DNA of 62,931 nt, the filler included, from Sphacelaria rigidula (Eukaryota), in assembly GCA_964200075.2 (NCBI GenBank). It is 8 parts of 8 records of this genome, joined end to end, with 100 filler letters (N's around TTAATTAATTAA, not from the genome) between each part and the next. Parts side by side here need not be neighbours in the genome. Positions count along the whole stretch, not along the records: positions 23,640 to 31,418 come from CAXNAA020013482.1; positions 31,519 to 39,297 come from CAXNAA020013483.1; 6 more parts are not named here. One strand, 5' to 3'. The position numbers and the translations under genes were made by a program. Below are positions 25,547 through 38,758 of this stretch, piece by piece. Within the stretch, counting starts at the first letter, position 1, and the number at the start of each line of letters is the position of its first letter. The notes below the pieces were generated by a model. The model saw nothing but the letters and a program-made list of their open reading frames with translations, made no database searches and had not been told where the DNA came from.

Positions 25547-26789
25547 ATTATCTATGATCATCACCCCTGTAGTGGGCCCTACGTCACTACAACAGGGGCG
25601 AAATACAGAAGATGACAGTTCACGAAAACTCTGAACGGCTTCACGGGGTGGATAGAGAAAGACTACACGAACAATTGCAGCAGTACATGTGCATGGGATC
25701 GTCAACATCTACCGGCTTCACGTACGCTCCCAGAAAGTACACAAAGGAGCATTCACGGCTGTCCGTTTTCTGGAAGCCCTTCGGCATGCGACAAAATCGC
25801 CGACGGCCTTGACGACTTCCGGTGGCAGCTCATTCTCTGTGCTGTACGTGCGGATAACGACCTGGGGTTTGATGACCACGACACAACCACCATCAACGTC
25901 GATGACATGCGTCTTCCTATTTGATCCCCTGGTGCCGCAGATAAACCGTCCCCGCTCGAGCCACCACTCGAGTCTGGGGGTGATCCATTCCGACGTTTTG
26001 CAGTGCTGCTCACGTTTCGTGTTTTCACTCAGCGATACGTCGTATCCCGCCAGATCCCAAACTCAAGAACTTTTCAACATTGAACTTTTGTTGGTGTGCA
26101 GTTTTGAATGAAGGAGTTGGGTGGGTTGATCGAGGGGAGGTACATGTCCAGGTGATGAGGTTGTGTTTGGATTGAACCTATATCCGCGGGTCCTCAAGGT
26201 ATATACCTGTGCTCATACCTGCAATCGGGTATATCTCTAACGGTATACCCTAACCCCGGGTAGAGGTATGGGAGGCTTACAGAGCTCACAGAACTCTCGG
26301 ACACCGGTATGGGAGGCTTACAGAAAACCGGCACCGGCGATCGAGTGACCTTCAAGAGCATACTCGCACTCCGGGTTCGGGTGGAAATTCTGTGCAGAAC
26401 TCACAGACCTGTCGGGTAAGGGTATGGGAGGCCTGCAGAACTCACAGAAACTGTCGGGTAGGGTATGGATGTTGCACAGAAAACCGTACCCGCAATCAGG
26501 TCTCTTATCAAGAGCATACCCGTGCCCTCTGGTAACGGTTCAGAGGTATGAATGAGATTACACAACTATCGGTTCAAGGTATGAAAGGCTTACAGAGATT
26601 ACAGAACTGTTGGGTACCGGTATGAAAGTCTTACAGAAGTCACACAACTGTCGGGTACGGTAATTACCCGGCAAAATGCCCCGGGTATATAGAAACCCGT
26701 ACCCTTCAGAACACAACCTTGGTACAGTTGACCAGGCTGTTGAAGAGATGGTGAAAATTACGGCCCAGTTTATCGGCATCGATGAGATA

Positions 26790-29700
26790 CGGTTGTGACA
26801 AGCGTGAATCCGTTTTTTCGTTGCCCCAACCAGCAGGGTGGATATTGGTACTCATCGCCTACTTCGAAGTACATTATTGACATACTGTATCATGCTTTCT
26901 CCTCTCCCCCGTGTTCCTCCGAGTCAATGTACACACCACACACCCTCACAAACTATGCCACGGCAACAACAGCTTGAGGCAATTCAACAAGTACTCGTAC
27001 ACCCTCACTAAAAACACCAAGCCGCTCACATTTCTCACTAAATTAATAGCGGAGTGTCTCCACATGCATGTACTACGAGTAGCTGTCGACGTGATCACGA
27101 TTTATGTCGCTCTCTACAGTACCGGGGAGAGATGGGTTGATCTCTTGAAGCTAGTAGACCACGGACTCGTCCCGAGGAAGGGGATGGGTAAGCGACAAAA
27201 ACACGAAACAGAAGGAATCTTTGGATTGACTGTCTCGAAGCGGCAATGCCGCTGGTCGCGGCTAGCACACGAACACCTCTGACGCGCAGCCCATGCATGC
27301 ATGGGAGCACCCTCTTTCCGACAGCCGCTGTATTGCCACCAAACAACGCTTTGAACCCCAAGCGAGGAACAATGAAAACAAATGGCCTACACTCCTGCAT
27401 AGACACCCCAAAGGATCAACCCTTTCACGGCTGGCGAATCATCTGGGTCTTCCACTCATCTTCATTTTGAAAGAAAAAAGAAGGCGGTGCACGTACCGAA
27501 ATGAACGGATGTTTTTCTTTCATTTGGTGGGGCCTAGCTAGCCACTCAACGTAGCACACAGTAGAAGCCCTCACACCGCAACCCTCGACCTACGATACAG
27601 ACCGTACCCACCCACTACGCGACGGAAGAAAAAACAAAAAAGGAAACACGAGGCAAGGAGAAAGGTGGGAGGCAGATGGGGTATCTGAGTATTTCCAGCA
27701 GAAACGTCACCCTTGGTTCTAGGCACGCCGCGACAGCCAACCAGGCAACAGTACCGCACTAGCACACCGACAGTACATAGTCGCGCATCAGCAGGCGGCG
27801 AACAAGGATAAGAATGCAGCCATCTCACGAAACACACTTGTGCGCAGAGCACCGCACCCGGTGGCAAAGTGCTTACAGCACAGTAAAATGGTACAGGGCA
27901 ACAGTACAGCACAGCACAGTACAACGTCGCCCAGTAGCATACGGCGAGAAATGATAACAGCCCAGCCTACCACACTACGCAACACATGAGTGCACTGAAT
28001 ACCGCAGTCGCTGGCAAGGCGCTTATTAATAGTTGGTCCGTGACGCACATCTGGTACTCAAGAATACGGGGAAATACATCGCGTTTCACTGGCGCAGTGA
28101 GCAGTGACCAACTCGCGACACTTGATGGATGAGAGCTCCAGCCTTGGCTTGATCGAAATTTACGGCAGTAGAAGCATCAAAGCCATTGTCTATACGAAGA
28201 CAATACCCCCATCCACACATTCCGATAAGCGGGGTCTTGCAGGAGACTGCGTGATCAGTAATTTACTTCCCAAGAATATCAAGGCCAAAGGGCTCGATGG
28301 CGAAGCATGTTGTTATGCATCTGGTACAACAGTATATACAGTACAGTACAGCACGGTGCGGTACGCTGAAACGGAAAGCGAGGTATATTTGTCCGACGTT
28401 TCCACGCTCAGTCACAACCCTACACTCACCATGGGCCACAATGCTGGTGTTCCTGCCATCGCTTGACATGTCCTTCCTTTGATACCTGCACCGCACCACA
28501 CTACAGCAAGTACACCGGACCACAGTTCACTACGGTGTAGTGTCCTTCAGCAGCAATCGATGCGTGATGTTCCTCGATACAGCACGGTAGTCGCGTTTCC
28601 CTCGTTCAGCGGCAGAACTACAGAACAATTTCAAAGAGAGCTGGTTGCTGGGGAAAATGGCGATCGAAGGAGTTTTCAAGTGCTGTCACTTTGCCTGTAA
28701 TGTGGTGCACTGGGCTAACTGCCACCCGGACTCGACTCTGGAGGTTAAACTGGAGATGCGCTGTACAGTGCTGAGGCAAGTGTAACAGCCCCTCGATGAT
28801 CATCCAAGTCCACAGAAGTGGTCCGTTGTTTCGTATGTTATGATGGTGATGGGGCACATGAACATATAGCGTCTAGAGCATGACGAAGAAAGGAGGCGTT
28901 TTGTGTTCCAAACGGGGCAACAATTGTGAAACCGTTACTTTCTAGAGTGCAAGACACGGGTATACAACACAATGCCCACTAGCTACATCCGACAGGTCGT
29001 GTTAACGGACGTTGTAGTGTGGGCTACATAGACGTGTCAGGGAGATACAGACCGTTTCGTCGCCCGGGAGGCCACGTAGATGGGAGATGCATTATTGTGC
29101 GCACCCTTCACCCGCCGTCGTGCAGCTACTATACGTGTTCCTCCACAAATTGCTTGACCGAATGATGTCGGGGGCACAACCCGACATACGGTCCTTGTTC
29201 TGTGTTGGCGGGTGTAGCGTACTGCGTCATCAGTAAGGGGGTGATGATGACACTTGCGCTTGTAGCCGCCATCCTTTCTAGTTGTAGCGCAATCGTCTCC
29301 GCAGTAATTCATATACTGTCTGTGGCTACCGCGTGGTTCAGTGTTGTTACCTTTTACGTGTCCCGGGAGCAGCAGCAGAAACGCATACCGCTTGGGTATA
29401 CACTGTATACAATTACTACCGTCGAGGCGCCTTCACCGTTTTGTCGTAGTTATTATACTGTGTACAGACTACTGTTTGTATTAGAATATAAACATACGTT
29501 ATGATGCAAATGGAAGATAATAAATTATATTCAGGGTTTCAGGCGCGGAAGATGGTCCTGGCTGTAAGGTGACAATATCCAAGCGAGGGTGGCTCGCCTG
29601 GAGCAAGCGCCGACGCGCCTGTCTTCGGCTGTGGCCATCGAGGGAAACATGTCACAAAAGTACTCATGTAGTTCAGGCCCAATGTAGACAGTATAAAGGC

Positions 29701-30160
29701 ATGGTCATGCAGCAAGATATCTTGGTAGCACGCAATCTACAGGTGTACTACCGAACGGCAGTAGCACGAGTCGGCTCGCAAGGCGCCGGCGCCCCGCTCG
29801 GCCGTGTACCGAAGGAATGGGCAGCACGTCACTGTGCAGTACTGTAGGAGTAGCCTGATACGGGACTTGTACCACCATGCTGTATGTTGCATACCCAAGG
29901 TGCATGCCTCAGTGTATAAGATGTGCGTTGAACAGAACGCCGATGTACAACTGCAGAACGGCAATAGCACGGCTCGGCCCGAAAGGCGACGGCAGCCCGC
30001 CCGGCCGTGCAGCCAGAAAACAGGCAGGACGCCACCGTGCAGTACTGTAGGAGTAGCCTGATACGGGACTTGTACCACCATGCGGTATGTTGCATACACA
30101 AGGAGTATGCCTCGATGTACAACAGGTGCATTGCACAGAATGCCGGTCGCAACAAGAGAT
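26790..30160. repeat. ~3.4-kb degenerate palindrome, centre ~28500
   Basis: CTACAGTAC/GTACTGTAG, CCTCGAC/GTCGAGG, GCCAAC/GTTGGC, AATGCA.CCATCT/AGATGG..TGCATT, CCACACTAC/GTAGTGTGG and CGCTGAA/TTCAGCG. Confidence 0.75.
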
Positions 30161-30743
30161 AGGGTTACCATATATATCCCGAGGGCCCCCACCAACTAAA
30201 CCCCAAGAGCCGTGCCCCCCCCAGCAACTGTAGTCGGAAAAATGAAAACCCTCATTTTTATTATGGTGATTCTTCCCGTAGTCCCACTGGCGTAGATAAG
30301 AGGGACGGGGAGCTGCGGTTCCTACGCTATTTTGATGGGGCCCCTTTTATATCCCGGTACCTTCCAAGGGTTCCATCCTGCCTGCTGTTGTGGATGGTAC
30401 TACTTTCAGATATACTCCGTACATGGTAGCATATATATAGTGTATATGGTCTATCAAGGGTCTGTCGAGAGAAGTTTTCGGACACGAAGCCCCTCCCCTC
30501 TCCCTTTGGCACTTTTTATGATACCCCCTCCCCCCACAAACACCAGCCCGAAACTGTCACGAAGAAAAGGTTCATACAGCATCTGATGTCTGGTTTCTGG
30601 CGGCTTGAAGCGCCTCGTACGGGCGACAGTGGCGAAAACGAACGCGAGGGTGAGGATTCCGACCTGCTCGTTGTGCTCAGCTTTTCCCCACTCGATTTAC
30701 GTGTAGATTTTGCTTCCCCAAACCAGCCATTTCGTTTTTTTTT

Positions 30744-30935
30744 TGGGGGGGGGTGTACTCATGATCATGCATGCCATAGTCATAAGGTCATTGACCTCGC
30801 ATTCCTACTGCCGGGTTTTCGCCGGACCAGGCTCGCACTCAATCACCAAGCGCGAAGCGCCGTGGTGTGTTCGGCGAGTCGCATGAGGGGTGAGCTACAT
30901 CCTGCTAAGATTGTTCCGCCCGAAGCGTACCGATT
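30744..30935 (+). repeat. Dispersed repeat family B (G-run GTACTCATGATCATGCATGCCATAGTCATAAGACCATTGACCTCGCATCCCTAC...GAGTCGCATGAAGGG); other copies ~13488-13615, 16045-16180, 23485-23539, 31250-31300, 39398-39455(-), 43820-43980(-), 57530-57675, 57842-57900
   Basis: Repeated matches across five contigs. Confidence 0.85.
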
Positions 30936-33063
30936 TATTTTGCATTTAGATGACAGCCTCCAATGGGTTGCTTTATTTTCTGGTATCGCCACTTCGTGAG
31001 ACAACCACGGCTTATACACTGCCTCATGGGTGCCTCACCTTTTGAACACTACGTGGTACGATCATCCCCATCGTGCGAAGTTGAGGTTCTCCCACGCCGC
31101 ACAACATGATCTAGCTCGACCACCATCACGGTTATACCGCAAAAAAAACGCAAGCGCGCAAATAAAAACGGCAACCTGGTTGCCTAGCTTCCGCCGTGAG
31201 TGGCGTGTTTTTTAGCGCCATCACCATCAGACGCCAATCCCATCGGGGGTCCGTCCCTACAAAGTCAGGACGGAGCACTCCGGGTTCTCCCCGGACCAGG
31301 ATGAACTTTGGGGAGGGGGCTATCGTAGAAAGAGTCCCCTCCCAGAGGGCAATTTGTCGAAAATGTTAATAAATTGTTTTATCGACATTGCTGAAAGAGT
31401 CATCCTACGATAGGGGGGNNNNNNNNNNNNNNNNNNNNNNNNNNNNNNNNNNNNNNNNNNNNTTAATTAATTAANNNNNNNNNNNNNNNNNNNNNNNNNN
31501 NNNNNNNNNNNNNNNNNNACCAATGTACCGCGCAGATATCGGAACGGCTTTTAATGTGAAGACAACAATAACAACAACAACAACAACCCTTTGATCGTTT
31601 GAGCCTCAAAGGCTGATCTCGCGAATGAATAGGACGAAACAACACAAGGAAGACACCTTGCGAAGGTCGAGTGTCAATCGGAGAAGAAAAAGATAGACGG
31701 ACATTGCCGCGGGGCTTCAGGTAAGGATCCTATGCAAAAACAACGAAATAAAAGCAAAAGAAAACAAGATCGCACGAGCAGATTGCGACTCAGCAATTCA
31801 AGGACGGCAGCATTTGGGCGCAAACTCTCATTTACGAAGTCGATAGGGGCCAGGCACAAAAACTGATGATACACCATGCAAAACAAACAAAACGAACAAA
31901 AATCAAAACAAAAGAAGATGGAAAAGAAGAAATAGCTATGAAGAGGGAAGTAACAAGAAATGAGAAATAAGGGAGAGGGTACGAAATAGAGGAAGGGCGT
32001 GAGGAAATCGAATCGGATACAAAGGAGAAGATGCACAAAAACAGAGCTACAGGAAACATCACCCAGCTTGTAAGCCGAAGAGAGAAACCACGATATAGCA
32101 AGACACCAATGATCTATCTAGGGTATCTCCCTTCATGTGGGATTTTCATGTGTGATGCCCATGTAGCATGTTCTCATCCACGTGGGATATGCACGTGTGA
32201 TTTCCATTTCGGATGTCCAGGTCCACGTGGAATATCCGACTGGGAACTCAAAACTATACATGTGTTCCGTTTGAAAAATTCAAACGGAGAAAATTGCAGG
32301 TTTTCGGCAGCCTTATCTGGATCAATCCGCCGACTGAAAAAAGTAGCGGATATCTGGATATCCTAATTGCAGGCGGATTTCAAGGAACACGAGCGATGGA
32401 CACTCGTCGACTCTCCCCACATGCACATTGCGCATGTCTGAAGGGGGTAGTGGGGTCTTGAATCACGTATCACGAATCAGATACACAAACCGAATGAAGA
32501 TTGAACGAAAAAGGTTTGTCGTCATTATTCACACATTGTGCCAGCGATGTGCAAGAATGAACGTATTTTTCATGACAAACCGGAAAAACCAAGTCCGACC
32601 ACGACATCCAACTTTCGTACAGTAAGTCCACTGTAAACCACAGCACGCATGTGATGTGCTCGATGACCAGCTGCTTCGGCTGCTTCGTCTCTTCCCGAGA
32701 AGACACAATGTACGACCTCACGCCCAACTACTCGTGGCAACAACTCTGTCGGTTTCTTTTCAATTGAGTACGGATTGAGTAAACTTCTCGGCCGCCTCCC
32801 AAGAACCCTTTAAAAACATAAGCGTCTCGAGCCGTTCCGGGTTGCGTCTGTTCCTTCATTGCGTCATAAGAAGCCCACTCTGCGAGAACACTCGCTCTGA
32901 GAGATCTGACGATGCCAGAACAGCCAGGGCGTTCCGAGCAATATGCGCAATGAGTGGGTACTTGTGCGCATTCAGCGCACACCACTTGAGCGGGTTCTCG
33001 TTGATGGGCAGAGCAGGTTACATTATGATGTCCAAAATATCAAGAAAATAAAAACAATATGTA

Positions 33064-33423
33064 TGTGGAGGATACCTCTTTGCAGTGAAATATCAGAGAC
33101 TGATACCACACATGTATGAAGGACCAGCGCAAGCACGGACAAGGTAGGACCGGTCCAGAAGGACCAGATTACCGACGACCCTGTAATGCCGACGTAACTA
33201 GACAACTCGGGGTGACGCCAGAAAGAGCCTAATATTGGGACGGTCCAACATCCCTCGAGGTCCTGGTCGCCCCTGGCGACCACTTCTAGTCTGACCCCAT
33301 TTCTTGCCTACATCCTCTAAGTACACAAGAGGAAATCATCGCCAGTCTCGGAGTTCCTTCGGCATGAGGACGGCAGTCTCCCCCGTAGGTCTCTGGCTAC
33401 TCTAGCGATACGCCTTCCTCACA
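33064..33423 (+). repeat. 5' LTR
   Basis: TGTGGAGGATACC...CCTCACA, highly similar to 38407-38758 and followed by the PBS. Confidence 0.92.
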
Positions 33424-36400
33424 CTGGCGGCACCAGAACAGAACTCAGGCAAGACGGGCCTTAGAAGGGAAAAATTGGAACGAGAACCGACTGCTTCCCG
33501 GCACCGGAAACACTAGGGTCCCCCAAGGAAAGCTGCAACAGGTGAAACGCATGGGTCATATGCATAATTATTCGAGTTGAGAGGTCATTGAAGTCATGTG
33601 TTTGGGTCAACGCAAAATTAGCCAACTCAAGGTGCATTTACATGTCACCCGTATGAACAACCAAAGAGCGGGACGCGAAGTAAGACTCCTCAAGGTGTGG
33701 TATATGTCACCTGTATGGCTAGTCAAACAGTGAAAACGCAAAATTAGTCTCGTCAGCGTGCATTATATGTCACCAGAATGGCTAATTTTGAACAGCGAAA
33801 CCACACCTATCAACCAACCTTTCGCCACCATCGCGCGAGATTTACGGCAATTAATCAAGCAGGCCGACCTCTGGAAACGCGGTGACTCGAAATAGTATTA
33901 ACAAATATGTCACCCAACCTGCGAATGCACGACCTTGTCATTCCCTACCAAGTAGCGAGCGAAAGAAGGAGGTGTATCGGATGGTCTTACCGCATCCCAG
34001 CCCACAAGCTGAGAAAAGTTGAAAAGTACAGTCAGTTCAAGATCCCACACCTCATCACGCATGAAAGGGAGAAAAGTATCAACCGTCTAGTGAAGAAACC
34101 AAATCGGGGGAATGCGGGTTTCTTGGTCAGTACGGTAACTCACTCCTCCAGAGGGGCACCAAAACAGCCCTCAGTTGTGGTGTGAAAGCACATACTATTA
34201 ACAGAAGCTGGAAAAGAGCACGATGAGAGTGGGTTCCTAAGCAGCCGTCAGAGCAGCCGTGGAAAACGTAATACACCACACCAAGGGCCATCATCATCGA
34301 AATTGAAGCTCAGCTCATTGAGGCTCTAATAATGCTACATTCGCCGCCGTACCCCAATGGATCGGTAACGTTACATTCCGCACTGACACATGTTCAACTA
34401 GCAGCAAGAGAAGCAGCGATGGTATAAGCAGGGGCTGTTGATTCAAAATCGAAACACCAGTCTCCCCTTTGCAACCCGATCTTGGACGATCACTGTCATG
34501 ACTCATACAACGCATCATCACCCTCCAGGTATACAGATGCGCCCCTAGCGCTATCCTGTGCATTAGCCCGCGTTAGAGTCACAGCCAGAGTAAACGGTAC
34601 CCTCGCTGAAAAAATCGCAACCGATTCCGCAGCAGATGTACCGTGTATCAGCAAAAGTTCATAGATGAACACCGGGTCATCATGGCAGCTGATGATATAA
34701 AACCAGTACCGCCAGGACCCATCGATCGCAGAAGCGCGGACGCTTTCTCCATAAAAATCCTAGGGTTCACTCATTTCGAGCTTACGTTTGGGATAAAAAC
34801 CCTGTCAACAGAAGCGTTTGTCTTACCTCATCTGAGACCGGATTGTCTATTACTAGACAACTCCATATGAGTGCTTTCAAAGCTATACTCTGTACTCGAG
34901 TGGCAGACGGAAGAACGAACATTCTGTGATTCCAGTATAAAAATCAAAGCATCGCATCAAAAACGGCAGGGCTCACAAAATACAACACACGGGAACAACA
35001 TACTGTTCCAAAGTCGGTGTGAAATGTTCTAACCCTGCTCCACTCTCTCACAAAAAATGCAGTTTGCCACCTCAAAGTGAAATGGCAGTACTAGTTGGAA
35101 CGGAAAAAATACCCCGTCAACAACAACAGCAGCTGACGTGGAGCCGCGCATAACAACCGAAAAAGACACTCGATCGCTTGATGTACCTCAAGCATTTACG
35201 CGCATCATTGTTTCAGGGACAGCATTCACGTAGTCGGCGACGAATAAAACGGAAATGGTACAAATCGCCAACCCATCGAGCCGACATGTAAGCCCCGGAA
35301 AAACTTTATGATAATGATAAGAGACAAAAACCGGAGAAACTTCATCTTATTCCGGACGTTCTCTCACGGCGGTTTGCGCTACTCCAAAGCGACGAGAAGC
35401 TGAAATCAAACCGCAGCTTGCCCAAATATGTGGTACCGTGTCAAAAAACCATGCGCTGCAAATAGCTGAACCATATATCACCGTCAAATATCAGCTAAGA
35501 AGCTCCACCGTTTGAAGCCAGTGCAAAGTGACCGAGAGCTGTCAGTCAACCAGCCAGAATATGCCGATGGGACACGTTCCGGTAGGACGGCCATACGAGA
35601 GAGTGTCAGCGAACCTAGTTAAATGCAAAGCAACTTCGACGTCAAACGCTGGAGTACTAGGTAAATATGAACTGTCCATATTGGATCACCTCACAAGATA
35701 TGCTTTGCTCATTCCGGTGCCGAAAAAACAGACATCAATATAGCCAAGACTCTTATTGACATGGTCTTTACTGCACTGGGTATCCCGGGAAAGCTGCCTT
35801 CGAAATAAAGAGCGGAATTTGAGAACAAGCTATTATACGCACTGCAACAGGAGTTAGGTTTCAATAAAACTCGCACGACACCGCTACGCCCGCAAGATAA
35901 TTCAGTGTCGGAACGAGTCCACTCCACTATGCACGTGATGTTAGCTATGCATATGTCAGTCGGGAAAACAACCGGGTATTCATCCTTCCATTCGTCCGAA
36001 TGGCGTACTGCACTTCTTATCACAATACCGTGCAAGAGACCGTATTTTTTGTTGTTCGGAAGACAGCCCAGATTACCAATTGACATTATACTCGACATAC
36101 GTGAAGAGAGCCAAGCAGCAACACCCGAAGAATTTTCCAAATAAACAAGGGAAAACCTACGTTTGGATTTGAAATTGCGAGACAAGCTCTACGAGAAGGA
36201 GCGAACGAGCAAAGAAGCAACAACAAATTGAAGCCGTTCCCAATGTTCAAACCCGGTCAAAAGGTATTCTTGTACCCACCATACCAGGACTCAGTAGGGC
36301 CGAACCCGAAACTTCAATCGCCATGGAGAGGATCTTTGATGATAACCGACAGACGATCGCCGGTTGTGTACATAATCAAAACATTTTAGGCGGCGACTCT

Positions 36401-38406
36401 AAAGAAACGCCAGTATATCTCGCTCATTTGAAGAAATATCACCCGCGAAAAACTGCGCCAGCACCGGACTTTGACAAGTTGAGCGAGTTGTTCGTGGCCA
36501 GACACATTCCTCTACCAGAAATAGACCAACCACACGGAACGTTACCCCCAATAGAACGCTGCACCGTTGAAAAATGGTAGGTCACGCGCCAGGCCCAGGT
36601 CGGAGAAGTCGTTACAACTATCAATGACTGTTGACACTCCAGGGCTACGGCCCAGCGGTTGACCTGACCAACCGGGCGAACTAAATACCACAACAATTCA
36701 TCGATGAATACCGTCATGACAAGGGGTTTTCTGAATGCTCACATCCGGGCTCGGAATTAAAACTGCAGGAAACGGAAACGGATGTGGCTGTTCAAGAGAC
36801 TGTTTGAGCATCCTAGCAAAAACGCTCAAGGGTTGAGCAGTAGCCTGAGGTCAAAATTAGGAGGTTAATGAGACTCAAAAGCTACAGCCAGCAGCTGACC
36901 TAACCTATCGAGCGGACGAAATACCACAAGGTAGACACCTCCTCGATATATACCGTCATGACAACGGGTCAGCAAAGCGCTCACATCCGAAGTCGAAATC
37001 CGAAAATACCGGGTCACGGATGACTGTCCAACAGACTGTTCGGGCGTCCTAGCAAAACTCTCAAGGGTTGAGCAGTAGCCCGGGGTCACAATTCGGAGAT
37101 CAAGGAGAATCACAAAAACAAAACGAAAAAACGACGTTAGAACATTGCAGACATGAACGGAAACATATCTGACATGTCAACAGTGACTGGGGTGCAAGTT
37201 CCCAAGGAAGATAACCTCTCAGCAATCGGGGTAGTGCTGACAAACAAAAAATATGTTGATGATTTTTAGACAAAAACGTCATCGGGCACCATCGCTGAAA
37301 GTGTGGAGAAAGCACTGTTTTAGGCTTGAATCTCATCTCGGAGTTAAACCTCAATCCGCACAATTTGTTGTTGTATCCACCGCTTTGTTACCAACACGAG
37401 GACGTTGTACTATTTCGGTGTCAGCGGAACCGAAGGTATCCCAGAACCCGGACATGAAAACCCACGCGCCCGTGAACCGATCAGTGTCGCAGTGCCCAAG
37501 CATGTAGAAACAGCAGATGCATCCAGCATCAAAGTGCAACGCATATTGTGGAAATAGATCACATGGGACACACTTATATGCCACGAAATGGTACGAAGCA
37601 AAGAAGATGTCGATGTTTCACCAAAGAGCACAATGCTCGCAAGATAAACATCAGACCCACCACTTTGGTACTAACGCAAGGACTTTGTCCTATTCTCCGG
37701 TGTCAGTGGAACCGAAGGCATCCCAGAACTCGGGCAGGAATACCTCAAGCGCCCGTGGACCGGTCGGTGGCCCAGTACCTCATCAGGTATACCTAACTGA
37801 TGCAGCCTGCACCAAAGTGCAAAAGCATCCCATAAAAAAGGTGTCACATATGATGCAGTTATTTGACACAGCACAAGAAGCAAGGGTCATTTTGACGGTG
37901 TTTAGCCAAAAGAGCGCAATACTCACACGTAATATGTATATATATATATATATATACCTTCTACACCGCCGTGTTACTAACCCGATGACTCAGCCCTACT
38001 CCGGTGTCCGCGGAACCAAAGGCATCCCAGAACCCGGGCAGGAATAATCCAGGCGCCCGTGGACCTATCAGTGTCCCAGTGCCCAATCATGCATACCAGC
38101 AGAGGTAACCAGCACCCAAGTGCAAATACGTATGATGGAATCATGTCACATATGACAGCTACAGAAAAAAGAGGGTTTAGAGTACATGCACCGTTACTGA
38201 CCAAAGGTAGCTGAAATGTTCCGGGGGTAATTACTCAATACCACAGTATGGAAAAGGGCTACTTTTGCGATTAGTGGTGGCGTGACTCAATCAATGATTG
38301 TCACTCGAAGAAACCTCCACGAGTATATCATCAGCGAAGCTGATGATCGCCTCGTCCCACTAGCCATAGCCTCTATGGGCTTGAGGCGCATAAAGGGGGG
38401 AGGAGG

Positions 38407-38758
38407 TGTGGACGATACCTCTTTGCAGTGGAAATATCAGAGACTGATGCCACACATGTATGAATGACCAGCGCAAGCATGGACAAGGTAAAAACGGTCC
38501 GGAAGGATCAGATTACCGACGACCCTGCAATGCCGACGTAACTAGACAACTCGGGGTGATGCCAGGAAGAACCTAATATTGGGACAGTCCAACATCCCTC
38601 GAGGTCCTGGTCGCCCCTGGCGACCACTTCTAGTCTAATCCCACTTCTTGCCTACATATACAAGAGGAAATCATCGCCAGCCTCGGAGTTCCTTCGGCAT
38701 GAGGACGGCAGTCTCCCCCGTAGGTCTCTGGCTTCTCTAGCGATACCCCTTTGTCACA
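38407..38758 (+). repeat. 3' LTR
   Basis: TGTGGACGATACC...GTCACA, preceded by the polypurine tract. Confidence 0.92.

Larger units (their letters stand above)
33064..38758 (+). mobile_element. Degenerate Ty3/Gypsy (chromovirus-type) LTR retrotransposon lacking most of RT
   Basis: Paired LTRs, PBS TGGCGGCACCAG at ~33425 and PPT AAAGGGGGGAGGAGG at 38392-38406. Protease remnant ATDSAADVPCIS (~34615), RNase H tail HLIPDVLSR (~35343), integrase core (DHLTRY, TTPLRPQDNSVSERVH, PYFLLFGRQPRLPID; 35560-36350) and chromodomain-like LQGYGP...FIDEYR (~36560-36715). Many stops and frameshifts. Confidence 0.92.

Noticed and set aside
25185-26724. CRISPR-like repeat-spacer array
   Set aside because: Units are degenerate and of variable length with no unique spacers, there are no cas genes, and the context is eukaryotic.
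37416-38085. Three spaced repeats resembling a CRISPR array
   Set aside because: Repeats are ~85 bp with ~200-bp partly homologous spacers inside an LTR retrotransposon.
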